Source: Gammaproteobacteria bacterium
GTDB taxonomy: Bacteria > Pseudomonadota > Gammaproteobacteria > GCA-001735895
Direction of reading: 5' to 3'
NCBI GenBank assembly: GCA_024638385.1
Contig: JAHEKJ010000001.1
Location: 23,838 to 87,837 of the forward strand
Length of the DNA: 64,000 bases
How positions within the stretch are numbered: the stretch's first letter is position 1; the number at the start of each line of letters is the position of its first letter. The translations under genes and the position numbers were made by a program. The notes below the pieces were generated by a model, which was given only the letters and a program-made list of their open reading frames with translations, was not told where the DNA came from and searched no databases. Shown here one piece after another: positions 36,836 through 46,353 of the stretch.

Positions 36836-37402
36836 ATGATTCGCAGTGACGTGCTGAAAACCCTGATTCCGCTGATTTCCGACCGGCTCGTGGTCTGCAA
36901 CATCGGCCTGCCGAGCCAGGAACTGCATCTGCTCGACGACCAGCCGAGCAATTTTTACATGCTCGGCACGATGGGGCTGGCGTCGTCGATCGGCCTCGGT
37001 CTCGCGCTGGCCCAGCGCGAGACCGTCATCGCGATCGACGGCGACGGTTCGGTGCTGACCAACCTCGGCACGCTGCCGACGATCGCCAACAACGTCGCAG
37101 ACAACTACATCCTGCTGATCGTCGACAACGGCAGCTACGGCTCGACCGGCGATCAACCGACCTATGCCGGCAAGAAAACCTCGCTGGCGGAGGTCGCGCG
37201 CGCCTGCGGTTGCGACAACGTGATCGAGTGCCAGGCCGAGGAGTGCGCCGACGCGATGCGCGATGCCCTCGACGCCGGGCGCATGACGATCATCGTCTGC
37301 AAATGCGAGTCGGGGAACATCCCGGTGCCGGTCATCGACCTGGACCCGGTCGTGATTCGCGAGCGTTTCATGACCGAGGTGCGCCGGCGCAACCCGGACT
37401 GA
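36836..37402 (+). CDS. comE: Sulfopyruvate decarboxylase beta subunit (TPP-binding)
   Basis: CNIG.PSQEL, NFYMLG.MGLASSIGLGLA, GDGS...DNGSYGSTGDQ. Confidence 0.8.
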   Translation: MIRSDVLKTLIPLISDRLVVCNIGLPSQELHLLDDQPSNFYMLGTMGLASSIGLGLALAQRETVIAIDGDGSVLTNLGTLPTIANNVADNYILLIVDNGSYGSTGDQPTYAGKKTSLAEVARACGCDNVIECQAEECADAMRDALDAGRMTIIVCKCESGNIPVPVIDLDPVVIRERFMTEVRRRNPD

Positions 37403-37413
37403 GTCGGCAGGGA

Positions 37414-38007
37414 TCAATCGTCCGGCAGCATCGCCTCGAGCGGTATATCTTCGGTAATCTGCTCGAGGCCGGGCGCGCATTCCGGCCAACCGTGGCCCCA
37501 GCGCCACGGCAGGCCGGTGCACGGTCCGCCGCCGAGGCGCACCGCGCGAAACATCATTTCGGCGACGATATCGAAGGCGTCGAGCACCTCGCGCGGCGAC
37601 AGCCCCAGTTTTTCTGCCAGCCGGTCCTGCTCGATGACGCCGGTGCGCAGCACGCAGGCGCGCAGCTCGCGGTCGGCGGCGAGCCTTTTCTCGAATCCGC
37701 CTTCGGCCTCGCCGCGCCAGTAGTGGCGATCGTGCTCGACGCAGCATTGCTCCCACGGCGGCAGATCGCCGGCGGTGTGCGCGAAGTCCGGCGAAATCCC
37801 GGCGAGGAATTGCCAGGCCGCGGACAGCCCGCCGCTGCAGCCGTCGCTGCGGAAACGGTCGATCACGATTCCGGGTTTCGATTGCACGGCCGCGAGCCGG
37901 CGCATTTGCTCCCGCTCGAGCAGCGCTACCGGTTCGGGTAAAACCTCGGCCCGAACGGTCTCCGTGAACAAGACCAGAATCAGACCGACTCCGATTAAGG
38001 TTTTCAT
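37414..38007 (-). CDS. Secreted Cys-rich protein with phospholipase A2-like CCxxHD motif
   Basis: Signal peptide MKTLIGVGLILVLFTETVRA; FRSDGCSGG, WEQCCVEHDRHYWRG, R..AD.EL..CV, AVR.GG, WRWG.GW. Confidence 0.65.
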   Translation of the reverse strand: MKTLIGVGLILVLFTETVRAEVLPEPVALLEREQMRRLAAVQSKPGIVIDRFRSDGCSGGLSAAWQFLAGISPDFAHTAGDLPPWEQCCVEHDRHYWRGEAEGGFEKRLAADRELRACVLRTGVIEQDRLAEKLGLSPREVLDAFDIVAEMMFRAVRLGGGPCTGLPWRWGHGWPECAPGLEQITEDIPLEAMLPDD

Positions 38008-38072
38008 GCGGTGCAAGTTAAGCGGGCGGCCGGTCGAATTCAAGTCGGGTGCGGCAATTCGCTCGGCGCAAT

Positions 38073-38117
38073 AAAAAAGGCCAGGCAGGGGAATTTGGGG
38101 GGTTCCGCTGCCTGGCC
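38073..38117 (-). terminator. Intrinsic terminator downstream of nrdB
   Basis: Minus strand ggccaggcag...ctgcctggcc stem followed by tttttt. Confidence 0.75.
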
Positions 38118-38178
38118 CAAGGTTACAACCGAAGAGCGCGTGTAACACTAATTCGGTCGGCCTTTACACTTCTCTGGC

Positions 38179-38204
38179 CGTCATCCCGGCGAAGGCCGGG
38201 ATCT
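38179..38204. repeat. GTCATCCCGGC-GAAG-GCCGGGATC hairpin (half of a REP-like element)
   Basis: atcccggc-gaag-gccgggat hairpin preceded by GTC, sharing the GTCAT start of the 14.3 kb element. Confidence 0.55.
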
Positions 38205-38247
38205 CGTATTGATGCCTCGTTTTCGGATACACCGAATCGAAGCTCGT

Positions 38248-39411
38248 CTAGTCCCAGTTCAGCGCGCCGCCGGTCTGATACTCGGTGACGCGGGTTTCGA
38301 AAAAGTTCTTTTCCTTTTTCAGGTTGGCCTGTTCGTCGAGCCACGGCAGGGCGTTCTCGGCGCCCGGGAACGGAATCGCGTGATGCAGCTTGTTGGCGCG
38401 GCGATTGGCGATGAAGCGGAACTGGGCCAGGTGGTCCTTCGCGCTGTAGCCGAGGATCGGGTCGGGCAGCAGAAAGTTCGCGTACTGCTGTTCGGCGGCC
38501 TCGGCTTCGTCCCACATCTGCTGGATGACCTTCGGATCGAGCTTGATGTTTTCTTCCTGCACGATCTGGTTGCAAACGCGGATGCCGAAGGACGCGTGCA
38601 GCACCTCGTCGCGCATGATGTACTGCAGCTGCTCGGCCGTGCCCTTCATCAGGCCGCGGCGCTGCAGCGCGAAGATCGGGCTGAAGCCGTTGTAGAACCA
38701 GGTGCCCTCGAACACGCCGGCGAAGAAGGTGTAGGCGAGGACGAAGTTTTCGAGCTCGTCGCGGTCGTTCAGATCGATATCGGGACGCAGCACCGAATCG
38801 AGGCGCTCGTTGCACATCTGGATCTTGTGGTAGATCTCGGGCACGACGCGGTAACGATTGTAGATTTCGCCCTGGTCGAGACCGATGGTCTCGATGCAGT
38901 GCTGGTAGGTCCAGGTGTGCATCGCTTCCTCGTAGACCTGGCGCGCCTGGTAGATCTGCAGTTCGGGCGCCGACATCTTTTCCATCACCGCGAGACCGAT
39001 GTTGCGCATCGCGAGAATGTCCGAGGTCGTCAGGTACGACAGCACGTTCTCGTAGACGTGGCGCTCCTCGAGCGTCAGCTTGTGCAGGTAGTCGTGCACG
39101 TCCTGCGTCATATTGATGTCGAGCGGCGTCCAGTGGTTGCGGTTGGCGTTGAGGAAATATTCCCAGGCCCACGGGTACTTGAACGGCGCGAGCTGATTGA
39201 TGTCGGTCAGGCCGTTGACGACGCGCTTGTCTTCCGGGTTGATCGGTTTGGCTGACCTGGGCATTTCCACGGGCTCGGCGACCTTGTCGACGCGCGCTTC
39301 GGCGACCGGTGGCGGCACCACGGCCGGCGCCGGATTCGTCACCGGAGTTTCGAGCGCCGGTTCCGGGGTCCGTGGCGCTTGCGGGGTCAGGGGTTCATCC
39401 CAGTTCAGCAT
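38248..39411 (-). CDS. nrdB: Class Ia ribonucleotide reductase beta subunit
   Basis: PFKYPWAW, TTSD, EEAMHTWTY (radical Tyr), EG.WFY.GF, RDE.LH, NFFETRVTEYQ. Confidence 0.96.
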   Translation of the reverse strand: MLNWDEPLTPQAPRTPEPALETPVTNPAPAVVPPPVAEARVDKVAEPVEMPRSAKPINPEDKRVVNGLTDINQLAPFKYPWAWEYFLNANRNHWTPLDINMTQDVHDYLHKLTLEERHVYENVLSYLTTSDILAMRNIGLAVMEKMSAPELQIYQARQVYEEAMHTWTYQHCIETIGLDQGEIYNRYRVVPEIYHKIQMCNERLDSVLRPDIDLNDRDELENFVLAYTFFAGVFEGTWFYNGFSPIFALQRRGLMKGTAEQLQYIMRDEVLHASFGIRVCNQIVQEENIKLDPKVIQQMWDEAEAAEQQYANFLLPDPILGYSAKDHLAQFRFIANRRANKLHHAIPFPGAENALPWLDEQANLKKEKNFFETRVTEYQTGGALNWD

Positions 39412-39443
39412 CTGCTATCTCCTTCCACTTATTCAACAGCACG

Positions 39444-42296
39444 TTATTGACAGGCTTCGCAATCCGGGTCGAGGATCGAACAAACCTTGGCCTCGGGCTC
39501 GGGTTCGACCTGCGGTTCCGGGGTCGAGGTCTTTTCGACCGCGGTCGCACCGAGCGACCGCAGGTAGTATGTCGTCTTGAGGCCGCGCACCCAGGCCAGC
39601 TTGTACAAGTTGTCGAGCTTCTTGCCCGACGGCTCGGCCATGTACAGGTTCAGCGACTGGCCCTGGTCGATCCACTTCTGCCGCCGCGAGGCGGCCTCGA
39701 CCAGCCAGCGCGAATCAATCTCGAACGCGGTCGCGTAGATCGCCTTGAGGTCATCCGGCACGCGGTCGATGTGCTGCACGCTGCCGTCGTAATACTTGAG
39801 GTCGTTGACCATGACCTCGTCCCACAGGCCCTGCGCCTTCAGGTCGTCGACGAGGTAGGGATTGACGACGGTGAACTCGCCCGACAGGTTCGACTTGACG
39901 AACAGGTTCTGGTAGATCGGTTCGATCGACTGGCTGACGCCGCAAATGTTCGAAATCGTCGCGGTCGGCGCGATCGCCATCGTGTTCGAGTTGCGCATGC
40001 CGATACTCGTGACGCGCTGACGCAGGCTGTCCCAGTTCATGCGGCTGCTCGTATCCTGCTGCAGATAGTCACCGCGCGCGTCGCGCAGTTTTTCGATCGA
40101 GTCGATCGGCAGGATGCCCTGGCTCCACAGCGAACCCTGGAAGCTCGAGTAGGGACCGCGCTCGTCGGCGAGCTGGGTCGACGCCTGGATCGCGTAATAG
40201 CTGACCGCCTCCATCGATTCGTCGGCGAACTCGATCGCGGCCTCGGAGCTGTACGGGATGTGCTGCTTGTAGAGCGCATCCTGGAAGCCCATGATGCCGA
40301 GCCCGACCGGGCGGTGGCGCAGGTTCGAAGTGCGCGCCTGCGGCACGCTGTAGTAGTTGTAATCGATGACGTTGTCGAGCATCCGCATCGCGGTATTGAT
40401 CGTGCGCTCGAGCTTTTCCAGATTCAGGCCGTTTGCGTCGACGTGCGCGGCGAGATTGACCGAGCCGAGGTTGCAGACCGCGATCTCGGTGTCCGACGTG
40501 TTCAGCGTGATCTCGGTGCACAGATTCGACGAGTGCACTACGCCGACGTGCTGTTGCGGCGAGCGCAGGTTGCACGGATCCTTGAAGGTCATCCACGGGT
40601 GGCCGGTCTCGAACAGCATGCCGAGCATCTTGCGCCACAGGTCGACCGCCGCGATGCGGCGGAAGTTCTTGATTTCGCCGCGATCGGCCTTGGCCTCGTA
40701 GGCGACGTAGGCGGCCTCGAATTCGTTGCCCACCAGGTCGTGCAGTTCCGGGACCTCGCACGGCGAGAACAGCGTCCACGGGCCTTCCTCGGCGACGCGC
40801 TTCATGAACAGGTCCGGGATCCAGTTGGCGGTGTTCATGTCGTGCGTGCGCCGGCGCTCCTCGCCGGTGTTCTTGCGCAGGTCGAGGAAATCCTCGATGT
40901 CGAGGTGCCAGGTCTCGAGGTAGGCGCACATCGCGCCCTTGCGCTTACCGCCCTGGTTGACCGCGACCGCGGTGTCGTTGGCGACCTTCATGAACGGCAC
41001 GACGCCCTGCGACTTGCCGTTGGTGCCCTTGATGTGCGAGCCCATGCCGCGCACCCGGGTCCAGTCGTTGCCGAGGCCGCCGGCGAACTTCGACAGCATC
41101 GCGTCGTCCTTGATCGCGCTGAAGATGCCGTCGAGATCGTCGGGCACGGTCGTCAGATAACAGCTCGACAGCTGCGGGCGCAGCGTGCCCGAATTGAACA
41201 GCGTCGGCGTACTGCTCATGAAATCGAACGACGACAGCAGGTTGTAGAATTCGATCGCGCGCTCCTCGCGCTGCACCTCGTTGATCGCTAGCCCCATCGC
41301 GACGCGCATGAAGAAGGCCTGCGGCAATTCGAAACGCGTGTCGTGGTAATGGATGAAATAACGGTCGTAGAGCGTCTGCAGGCCGAGGTAGGTAAAATTC
41401 AGATCGCGCTCGGGTTTCAGCGCCTGGCCGAGGTAATCGAGGTCGAACTTGAGCAACTCTCGGTCGAGCAGCTCGAGATCGGCCGCGCGTTTGACGTAAT
41501 TACCGAAGTATTCACCGTAGCGCTCGGCCATTTCGGCGTAGGTCGCATTCGGCGCGCCGTCGCCGAGAAAGGCCAGCGATTCGGAGCGCAATTCGTCGAG
41601 CAACAGGCGCGCGGCGACGCAGGAATACTCGGGCTCGCGGTCGATCAGGCCGCGCGCGCTCATGACCACGGTCGGGCTGACGTCGTTGAACGGCACGCCG
41701 TCGAACAGGTTTTTGAGGGTTTCGAAGTAGACCTTGTCGGCGCTGACGTGCTCGAGTCCGCTGCAGGCCTCGTCGATGATGATTCGCAGGCGCGCGATGT
41801 CGAGCGGCGCGATGCTGCCGTCGGGCATCTTGACGGACAGGTCGATCGGCTCGTCCTCGGCGCTGGCCTCGTTGTTTTCGGCCTTGTCCTGCGCGCGCGC
41901 GTGCGAACGTTCTTCGCGGTAGAGCACGTAGGCGCGCGCGATCTTCTGTTCGCCGTTGCGCATCAGCGCGAGTTCGACCTGGTCCTGTATATCCTCGATG
42001 TGAAAGGTGCCGCCCTCGGGCATGCGCCGGGTCAGCGCGCCGACGACGAGGTCGGTCAGCTTGGCGACGGTTTCGTGGACCCTCGACGAGGCCGCGGCCT
42101 GCCCGCCCTCGACCGCGAGAAACGCCTTGGTCATCGCGATCGCGATCTTTTCCTTGTCGAAGCTGGTCAGCTTGCCGTTGCGGCGAACGACGTTGTACTT
42201 GTTGCCGAGCGCGCGGGCATTATCGTCTTTGATGGCTTCGACCGGCTTGGTCGGTGCGGCGGCGGTTTCGGTTAAAGGTGACTCGATGTTCTGCAT
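39444..42296 (-). CDS. nrdA: Class Ia ribonucleotide reductase alpha subunit with two ATP-cones
   Basis: VVRRNG...FDKEKI and VKMPDG cones, TPTLFNSG, SSCYL, SNLCTEI, APTATIS, KTTYYLR, C-terminal CSI.DP.CEACQ. Confidence 0.97.
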   Translation of the reverse strand: MQNIESPLTETAAAPTKPVEAIKDDNARALGNKYNVVRRNGKLTSFDKEKIAIAMTKAFLAVEGGQAAASSRVHETVAKLTDLVVGALTRRMPEGGTFHIEDIQDQVELALMRNGEQKIARAYVLYREERSHARAQDKAENNEASAEDEPIDLSVKMPDGSIAPLDIARLRIIIDEACSGLEHVSADKVYFETLKNLFDGVPFNDVSPTVVMSARGLIDREPEYSCVAARLLLDELRSESLAFLGDGAPNATYAEMAERYGEYFGNYVKRAADLELLDRELLKFDLDYLGQALKPERDLNFTYLGLQTLYDRYFIHYHDTRFELPQAFFMRVAMGLAINEVQREERAIEFYNLLSSFDFMSSTPTLFNSGTLRPQLSSCYLTTVPDDLDGIFSAIKDDAMLSKFAGGLGNDWTRVRGMGSHIKGTNGKSQGVVPFMKVANDTAVAVNQGGKRKGAMCAYLETWHLDIEDFLDLRKNTGEERRRTHDMNTANWIPDLFMKRVAEEGPWTLFSPCEVPELHDLVGNEFEAAYVAYEAKADRGEIKNFRRIAAVDLWRKMLGMLFETGHPWMTFKDPCNLRSPQQHVGVVHSSNLCTEITLNTSDTEIAVCNLGSVNLAAHVDANGLNLEKLERTINTAMRMLDNVIDYNYYSVPQARTSNLRHRPVGLGIMGFQDALYKQHIPYSSEAAIEFADESMEAVSYYAIQASTQLADERGPYSSFQGSLWSQGILPIDSIEKLRDARGDYLQQDTSSRMNWDSLRQRVTSIGMRNSNTMAIAPTATISNICGVSQSIEPIYQNLFVKSNLSGEFTVVNPYLVDDLKAQGLWDEVMVNDLKYYDGSVQHIDRVPDDLKAIYATAFEIDSRWLVEAASRRQKWIDQGQSLNLYMAEPSGKKLDNLYKLAWVRGLKTTYYLRSLGATAVEKTSTPEPQVEPEPEAKVCSILDPDCEACQ

Positions 42297-42485
42297 TGAA
42301 TAAAGCCCGTTCCGTGTTTTCCTCGAATGCCCGGAACTGGATCCGGGTTTGCTACCACTGGCGGTCTGCTTCCTGTCGACAGTTAAAGTGATTTTTAACT
42401 ATCGGGATCAAGTACCTGTACTTTTTGGGGTTTGGAAATAACCTGCCAGCTTTTAATGTTCGTTTATGAGTATAACCAAACAAAT

Positions 42486-42533
42486 ACACAATATAGTGTG
42501 TTTTACGCCAAGGTCAAGTACATTATATTGTGT
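42486..42533. promoter_or_regulatory. Tandem NrdR boxes
   Basis: acacaatatagtgtgt (42486-42501) and gtacattatattgtgt (42518-42533) match acaCwAtATaTwGtgt and start 32 bp apart, upstream of nrdA. Confidence 0.85.
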
Positions 42534-42562
42534 ATGGATCTGTGGAGAGGGCGGGAATAAGC

Positions 42563-42571
42563 TGTGGATAA
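42563..42571. promoter_or_regulatory. DnaA box upstream of nrdAB
   Basis: TGTGGATAA, the exact reverse complement of TTATCCACA. Confidence 0.65.
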
Positions 42572-42935
42572 GTCACCCGTTCCGACGCCCGGCGGCGGCG
42601 TGCAAGGCTTTGCGCCGCAGTTCCGGCACGGTCGCCGAACGGGTATTAAATTTTGTGATTCAACGGCATGTTTCATAGAAAAAATTTATTCTCTCGGTCG
42701 ACGGCGGGATCGACCAGCCGAATCGCGATAACGGCGTCGATCCCGGCGGCGGCAAGATCGAAATCGCCGTCATCGACGCGTCACGCCGGAGCGAGTACCG
42801 ACGGCCGATCACGACCCCGGCCCGGGGGACTGGCGCCGGCGCCTGACATGCGAAGGTCCTAAAGGACTGCGCCGCGCGGCCGAACTAGTGGAACGGGGAA
42901 ACCCGTCCCCGTCATCGCACGCAATCCGAGGACTC

Positions 42936-43823
42936 ATGGCCAGTGTCAATCCGATAAACCTCGACGAGCTCGCCGGTACCGCCGGTCTCGAGTCGCTGGT
43001 GCGCCAGGTCGACAAGCTCGTCAGCCTGCCCGGCATTTACTACCGGCTCGAGGAGGCGATCGTCGATCCGGCGACGCGTACCGACGATATCGCCGAACTG
43101 CTGCGCAGCGATCCCGACCTGTGCGCGCGCATGCTGCGCGTAGCCAACAGCGCGTTCTACAGTTTCCACACCCGGATCGAGACGATCGAGCGCGCCGTCA
43201 GTACGATCGGGCTGCGCCAGATCCGCGAACTGGTGCTGATTACGTCGGTGGTCAAGGCCTTCGAAGGCATTCCGCCGGGCCTCGTCAACATGACGACCTT
43301 CTGGGAGCACAGCATCGCGGTTGCGGTCATGGCGCGCGCGCTCGGCGAGCAGGCGCGGATCCCGAGCGCCGAGTCGTTCTACATTCCCGGCTTGCTGCAC
43401 GACATCGGGCGCCTGGCGATGTACGTGAAGATGCCCGGACTGATGCACGACCTGCTGCTGCAGCGCCAGGTCCAGGGGCAGAGCATGTTCATGCTGGAAC
43501 GGCAGCTACTCGGCTATACCCACGCCGACATCGGCGAGCGCCTGCTCGAGTCGTGGAAGGTGCCGGAGTCGATCACCGCGCCGGTCGGCAGCCACCACGA
43601 TCCCGGCGCAAACGGGGAATACGCGCCGGCGGCCAGCGCGATCCACGTCGCCGACGCCTGGGTCAATACCAACCGGCTCGGCAGCACCGGCAGCTGTTAC
43701 CTGCTGGAACTCGACCACGACGCGCTCGCGTCGCTGGGCCTCGACGCCGAGAACCTGCACCAGATCGGCCTCGCGGCCGGCCAGCAGACCCAGGAAGTCC
43801 TGCGCCAGTTCCTGAGCCATTGA
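42936..43823 (+). CDS. HDOD domain protein
   Basis: LVSLP, DP.L.AR.LRVANSAFY, TIERAV..IG, FWEHS, GLLHDIGRL, LG.THADIG..LL..W..P, HH. Confidence 0.92.
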   Translation: MASVNPINLDELAGTAGLESLVRQVDKLVSLPGIYYRLEEAIVDPATRTDDIAELLRSDPDLCARMLRVANSAFYSFHTRIETIERAVSTIGLRQIRELVLITSVVKAFEGIPPGLVNMTTFWEHSIAVAVMARALGEQARIPSAESFYIPGLLHDIGRLAMYVKMPGLMHDLLLQRQVQGQSMFMLERQLLGYTHADIGERLLESWKVPESITAPVGSHHDPGANGEYAPAASAIHVADAWVNTNRLGSTGSCYLLELDHDALASLGLDAENLHQIGLAAGQQTQEVLRQFLSH

Positions 43824-43838
43824 GCGCCGCCTGCCCCG

Positions 43839-45188
43839 TCAGCCGAGCACCAGCGTCGCCATGCCGAGAAAAGCGACGATGCCGACGACGTCGGTTATCG
43901 TCGTCAGGACCACCCCGCCGGCGATCGCCGGGTCGATGCCGAGCTGGCGCAGAAGCAGCGGCAACACCGCGCCGGCGAGCGCGCCGGCAATCAGGTTGAC
44001 GATCAGCGCGAAGGCGATGACCGCGCCGATCGCGTAGTTGCCGAACCACGCGATCGACAGGGTTGCGACGACCACGGCCCAGAGCAGACCGTTGAGCAAT
44101 CCGACCGAAACCTCCTTGTTGATCAGAGAACGGTAGTTCGAGCTGCCGAGCTGGCCGAGCGCGAGTCCGCGAATCGCGATGGTCAGGGTCTGCGAGCCGG
44201 CAATGCCGCCCATGCTCGGCACGATCGTGATCAGGATCGCGAGCGCGACCACCTGGTCGAGAATATCTTCGAAAAACCCGATGACCCAGGCGGCGAGAAA
44301 CGCGGTCAACAGATTGATGCCGAGCCAGATACCGCGCCGGCGGCTGGTCACGAGCACCGGCGAGAACATGTCTTCTTCCTCCGACAGGCCGGCCATGCCC
44401 ATGATCGAGTGATCGCCCTCGTCGCGGATAACGTCGACCACGTCGTCGACGGTAATCCGCCCGATCACCTTGTGCTCTTCGTCGACCACCGGCGCGCTGA
44501 CTAGGTCGTCCTGCTCGAATTCGCGCGCGACTTCGGTGGCCGACATGTGCGCGCTCATCGCGTCGACCTCGACGCGCATCAGGTCCCGCACCAGGGCCTC
44601 GGGATCGTTGGTCAGCAAGTCGTTCAGCGTCAGCACGCCGAGATAATGATCGTGCCGGTCGGTGACGAACAGCTGGTCGGTATGGTTGGGCAGGTCGCCG
44701 CGGATGCGCAGATAGCGCAACACCACGTCGAGAGTCACGTCGGCGCGGATCGTGACCTGGTCGATGTTCATCAGGCCGCCGGCGGTGTCCTCGCTGTACG
44801 ACAGTACCGACTCGAGCCGTTCGCGCTTGTGCGAATCGAGCGTGTGCAGTGTCTTGACCAGCTTGTCGGTCGGCAACGCGAGGATGATGTCGGCCTGGTC
44901 GTCGACATCGGCCATGGTTTCGACGATCGCGGCGATTTCCTCGGGTTCGAGATCCTTCAGGCGCGCGTCGCTGACGTCGTCCTGGGTTTCGAGCAGCACC
45001 GCGCCGAGTTCGCCCGGCTCGATCATGGGCCACAGGGTCTCGCGCTGTTGCGGCGGCAGCGAGTCGAGCAGCAAGGCGATTTCGGCGGCCGACAGGTCGC
45101 TCAGGATCTTGCTGATTTCGGTGGTGTCGGCCTGGTCGAGGGCGAGCGAGATATCCTGCCGTAGCTGTTCGGTTTCTTCCTCGGCCAT
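43839..45188 (-). CDS. mgtE: Magnesium transporter MgtE
   Basis: YSEDTAGGLM, CBS pair, GRITVDDVVDV, MGGIAGSQ, DPA.AGG..LTTITDV.G. Confidence 0.95.
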   Translation of the reverse strand: MAEEETEQLRQDISLALDQADTTEISKILSDLSAAEIALLLDSLPPQQRETLWPMIEPGELGAVLLETQDDVSDARLKDLEPEEIAAIVETMADVDDQADIILALPTDKLVKTLHTLDSHKRERLESVLSYSEDTAGGLMNIDQVTIRADVTLDVVLRYLRIRGDLPNHTDQLFVTDRHDHYLGVLTLNDLLTNDPEALVRDLMRVEVDAMSAHMSATEVAREFEQDDLVSAPVVDEEHKVIGRITVDDVVDVIRDEGDHSIMGMAGLSEEEDMFSPVLVTSRRRGIWLGINLLTAFLAAWVIGFFEDILDQVVALAILITIVPSMGGIAGSQTLTIAIRGLALGQLGSSNYRSLINKEVSVGLLNGLLWAVVVATLSIAWFGNYAIGAVIAFALIVNLIAGALAGAVLPLLLRQLGIDPAIAGGVVLTTITDVVGIVAFLGMATLVLG

Positions 45189-45194
45189 CGGGGC

Positions 45195-45464
45195 CTATTC
45201 GCTCTCGCCGAAGCGGTCGTTGATCAGTTCGACGATCGCGTCGCGGCAGGCCTGCTCGTCGGCGCCGTCGATCTCGAGCTCGAGTTCGACGCCCTTGCTC
45301 GCGGCGAGCATCATCACGCCCATGATGCTCTTGGCGTTGACCCGGTTGTCCTTCTTGCTGAGATAGACCTCGCTTTCGAACCGGCTCGCGCAATTGACCA
45401 GCTTGGACGCGGCGCGCGCGTGCAGGCCCAGCTTGTTGATGATCTTGATCTTCTCGGCAATCAT
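45195..45464 (-). CDS. HPr/NPr phosphocarrier
   Basis: NKLGLHARAA, VNAKSIMGVMML. Confidence 0.94.
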   Translation of the reverse strand: MIAEKIKIINKLGLHARAASKLVNCASRFESEVYLSKKDNRVNAKSIMGVMMLAASKGVELELEIDGADEQACRDAIVELINDRFGESE

Positions 45465-46318
45465 TCGAGGTCCCGGTGCCGAATCGAAAGCTTACCACGG
45501 TCCGGCGTCAATTCGCGGGCGATTCGTTCGGCCAGATAGACCGAGCGATGCTTGCCGCCGGTGCAGCCGATCGAAACGGTCATGTAGCTGCGATTTTCCT
45601 TTTCGAAGCGCGGGATCCACTGGCGCAGAAAGCTCGTGATCGAGGCGTACATGGCCTCGACTTCGGGATAGTTCTCGAGGTAGTCGACGACCTCGGCGTC
45701 GCGGCCGGTCTGCGCGCGCAGTTGTTTCTCCCAGTGCGGGTTGGGCAGGCAGCGGACGTCGAAAACGAAATCGGTGTCGCCCGGCACGCCGTTCTTGTAG
45801 CCGAAGGACTGGATCAGCAAGCCCATCTCGGCGCCGGTGTGCGACAACAGCCGCTCGATGATGAGCTGGCGCAGCTCGTGAACGTTCAGGTCGGTCGAGT
45901 CGAGCGCGAGGTCGGCGTTGGCGTGGATGTCCTCGAGCAGCTTGCGCTCGGCGCGGATCGCGTCGGCCAGCGGCAAGCCCTGTCGCGACAGCGGATGTTT
46001 GCGCCGCGTTTCGCTGAAGCGCTTGAGCAGGCGCGAATCGTCGCAGGTCAGGAACAGCACCCGGAGGTCGAGCGGATGCGCCGCGAGACGCCTGAGAATG
46101 TCGTCGAAACGCTCGGGTCCGTCGAGTCCGCTGCGCGCATCGATCGAAATGGCGAGCGCGTCGTAGGGCGGGGGCTTCTCTTCGATCATGCCGTCGACCA
46201 GCTCGGGCAGCATCTTCAGCGGCAGGTTGTCGATGCAATAGTAGCCCGCGTCCTCGAGCGTGTGCAGCGCGACGGTCTTACCGGAGCCGGACAGGCCGCT
46301 GACGATGACCAGTTTCAT
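45461..46318 (-). CDS. rapZ: RNase adapter RapZ
   Basis: SGLSGSGKT, CIDNLP, RFSETRRKHPL, SFGYK.G.P, FDVRCLPNPHW, GCTGG.HRSV. Confidence 0.95.
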   Translation of the reverse strand: MKLVIVSGLSGSGKTVALHTLEDAGYYCIDNLPLKMLPELVDGMIEEKPPPYDALAISIDARSGLDGPERFDDILRRLAAHPLDLRVLFLTCDDSRLLKRFSETRRKHPLSRQGLPLADAIRAERKLLEDIHANADLALDSTDLNVHELRQLIIERLLSHTGAEMGLLIQSFGYKNGVPGDTDFVFDVRCLPNPHWEKQLRAQTGRDAEVVDYLENYPEVEAMYASITSFLRQWIPRFEKENRSYMTVSIGCTGGKHRSVYLAERIARELTPDRGKLSIRHRDLE

Positions 46319-46353
46319 TCCGGTTCACGCCTGGCGATTCGGCCGCACGCCGG

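Noticed and set aside
39309-41291. 660-aa plus-strand ORF and many other long ORFs opposite real genes (e.g. 22691-24244, 4707-6245, 55918-57405, 57864-59279)
   Set aside because: Antisense or alternative-frame shadows of well-conserved genes, expected at high GC; Arg/Ala/Pro-rich or motif-free
42300-42700. AT-rich region with a DnaA box considered as oriC
   Set aside because: Only one clear DnaA box, no dnaA/gidA context, and explained by the nrdAB promoter
46319-46353. Missing hprK between ptsN and rapZ
   Set aside because: Absence is common in Gammaproteobacteria and no remnant is visible
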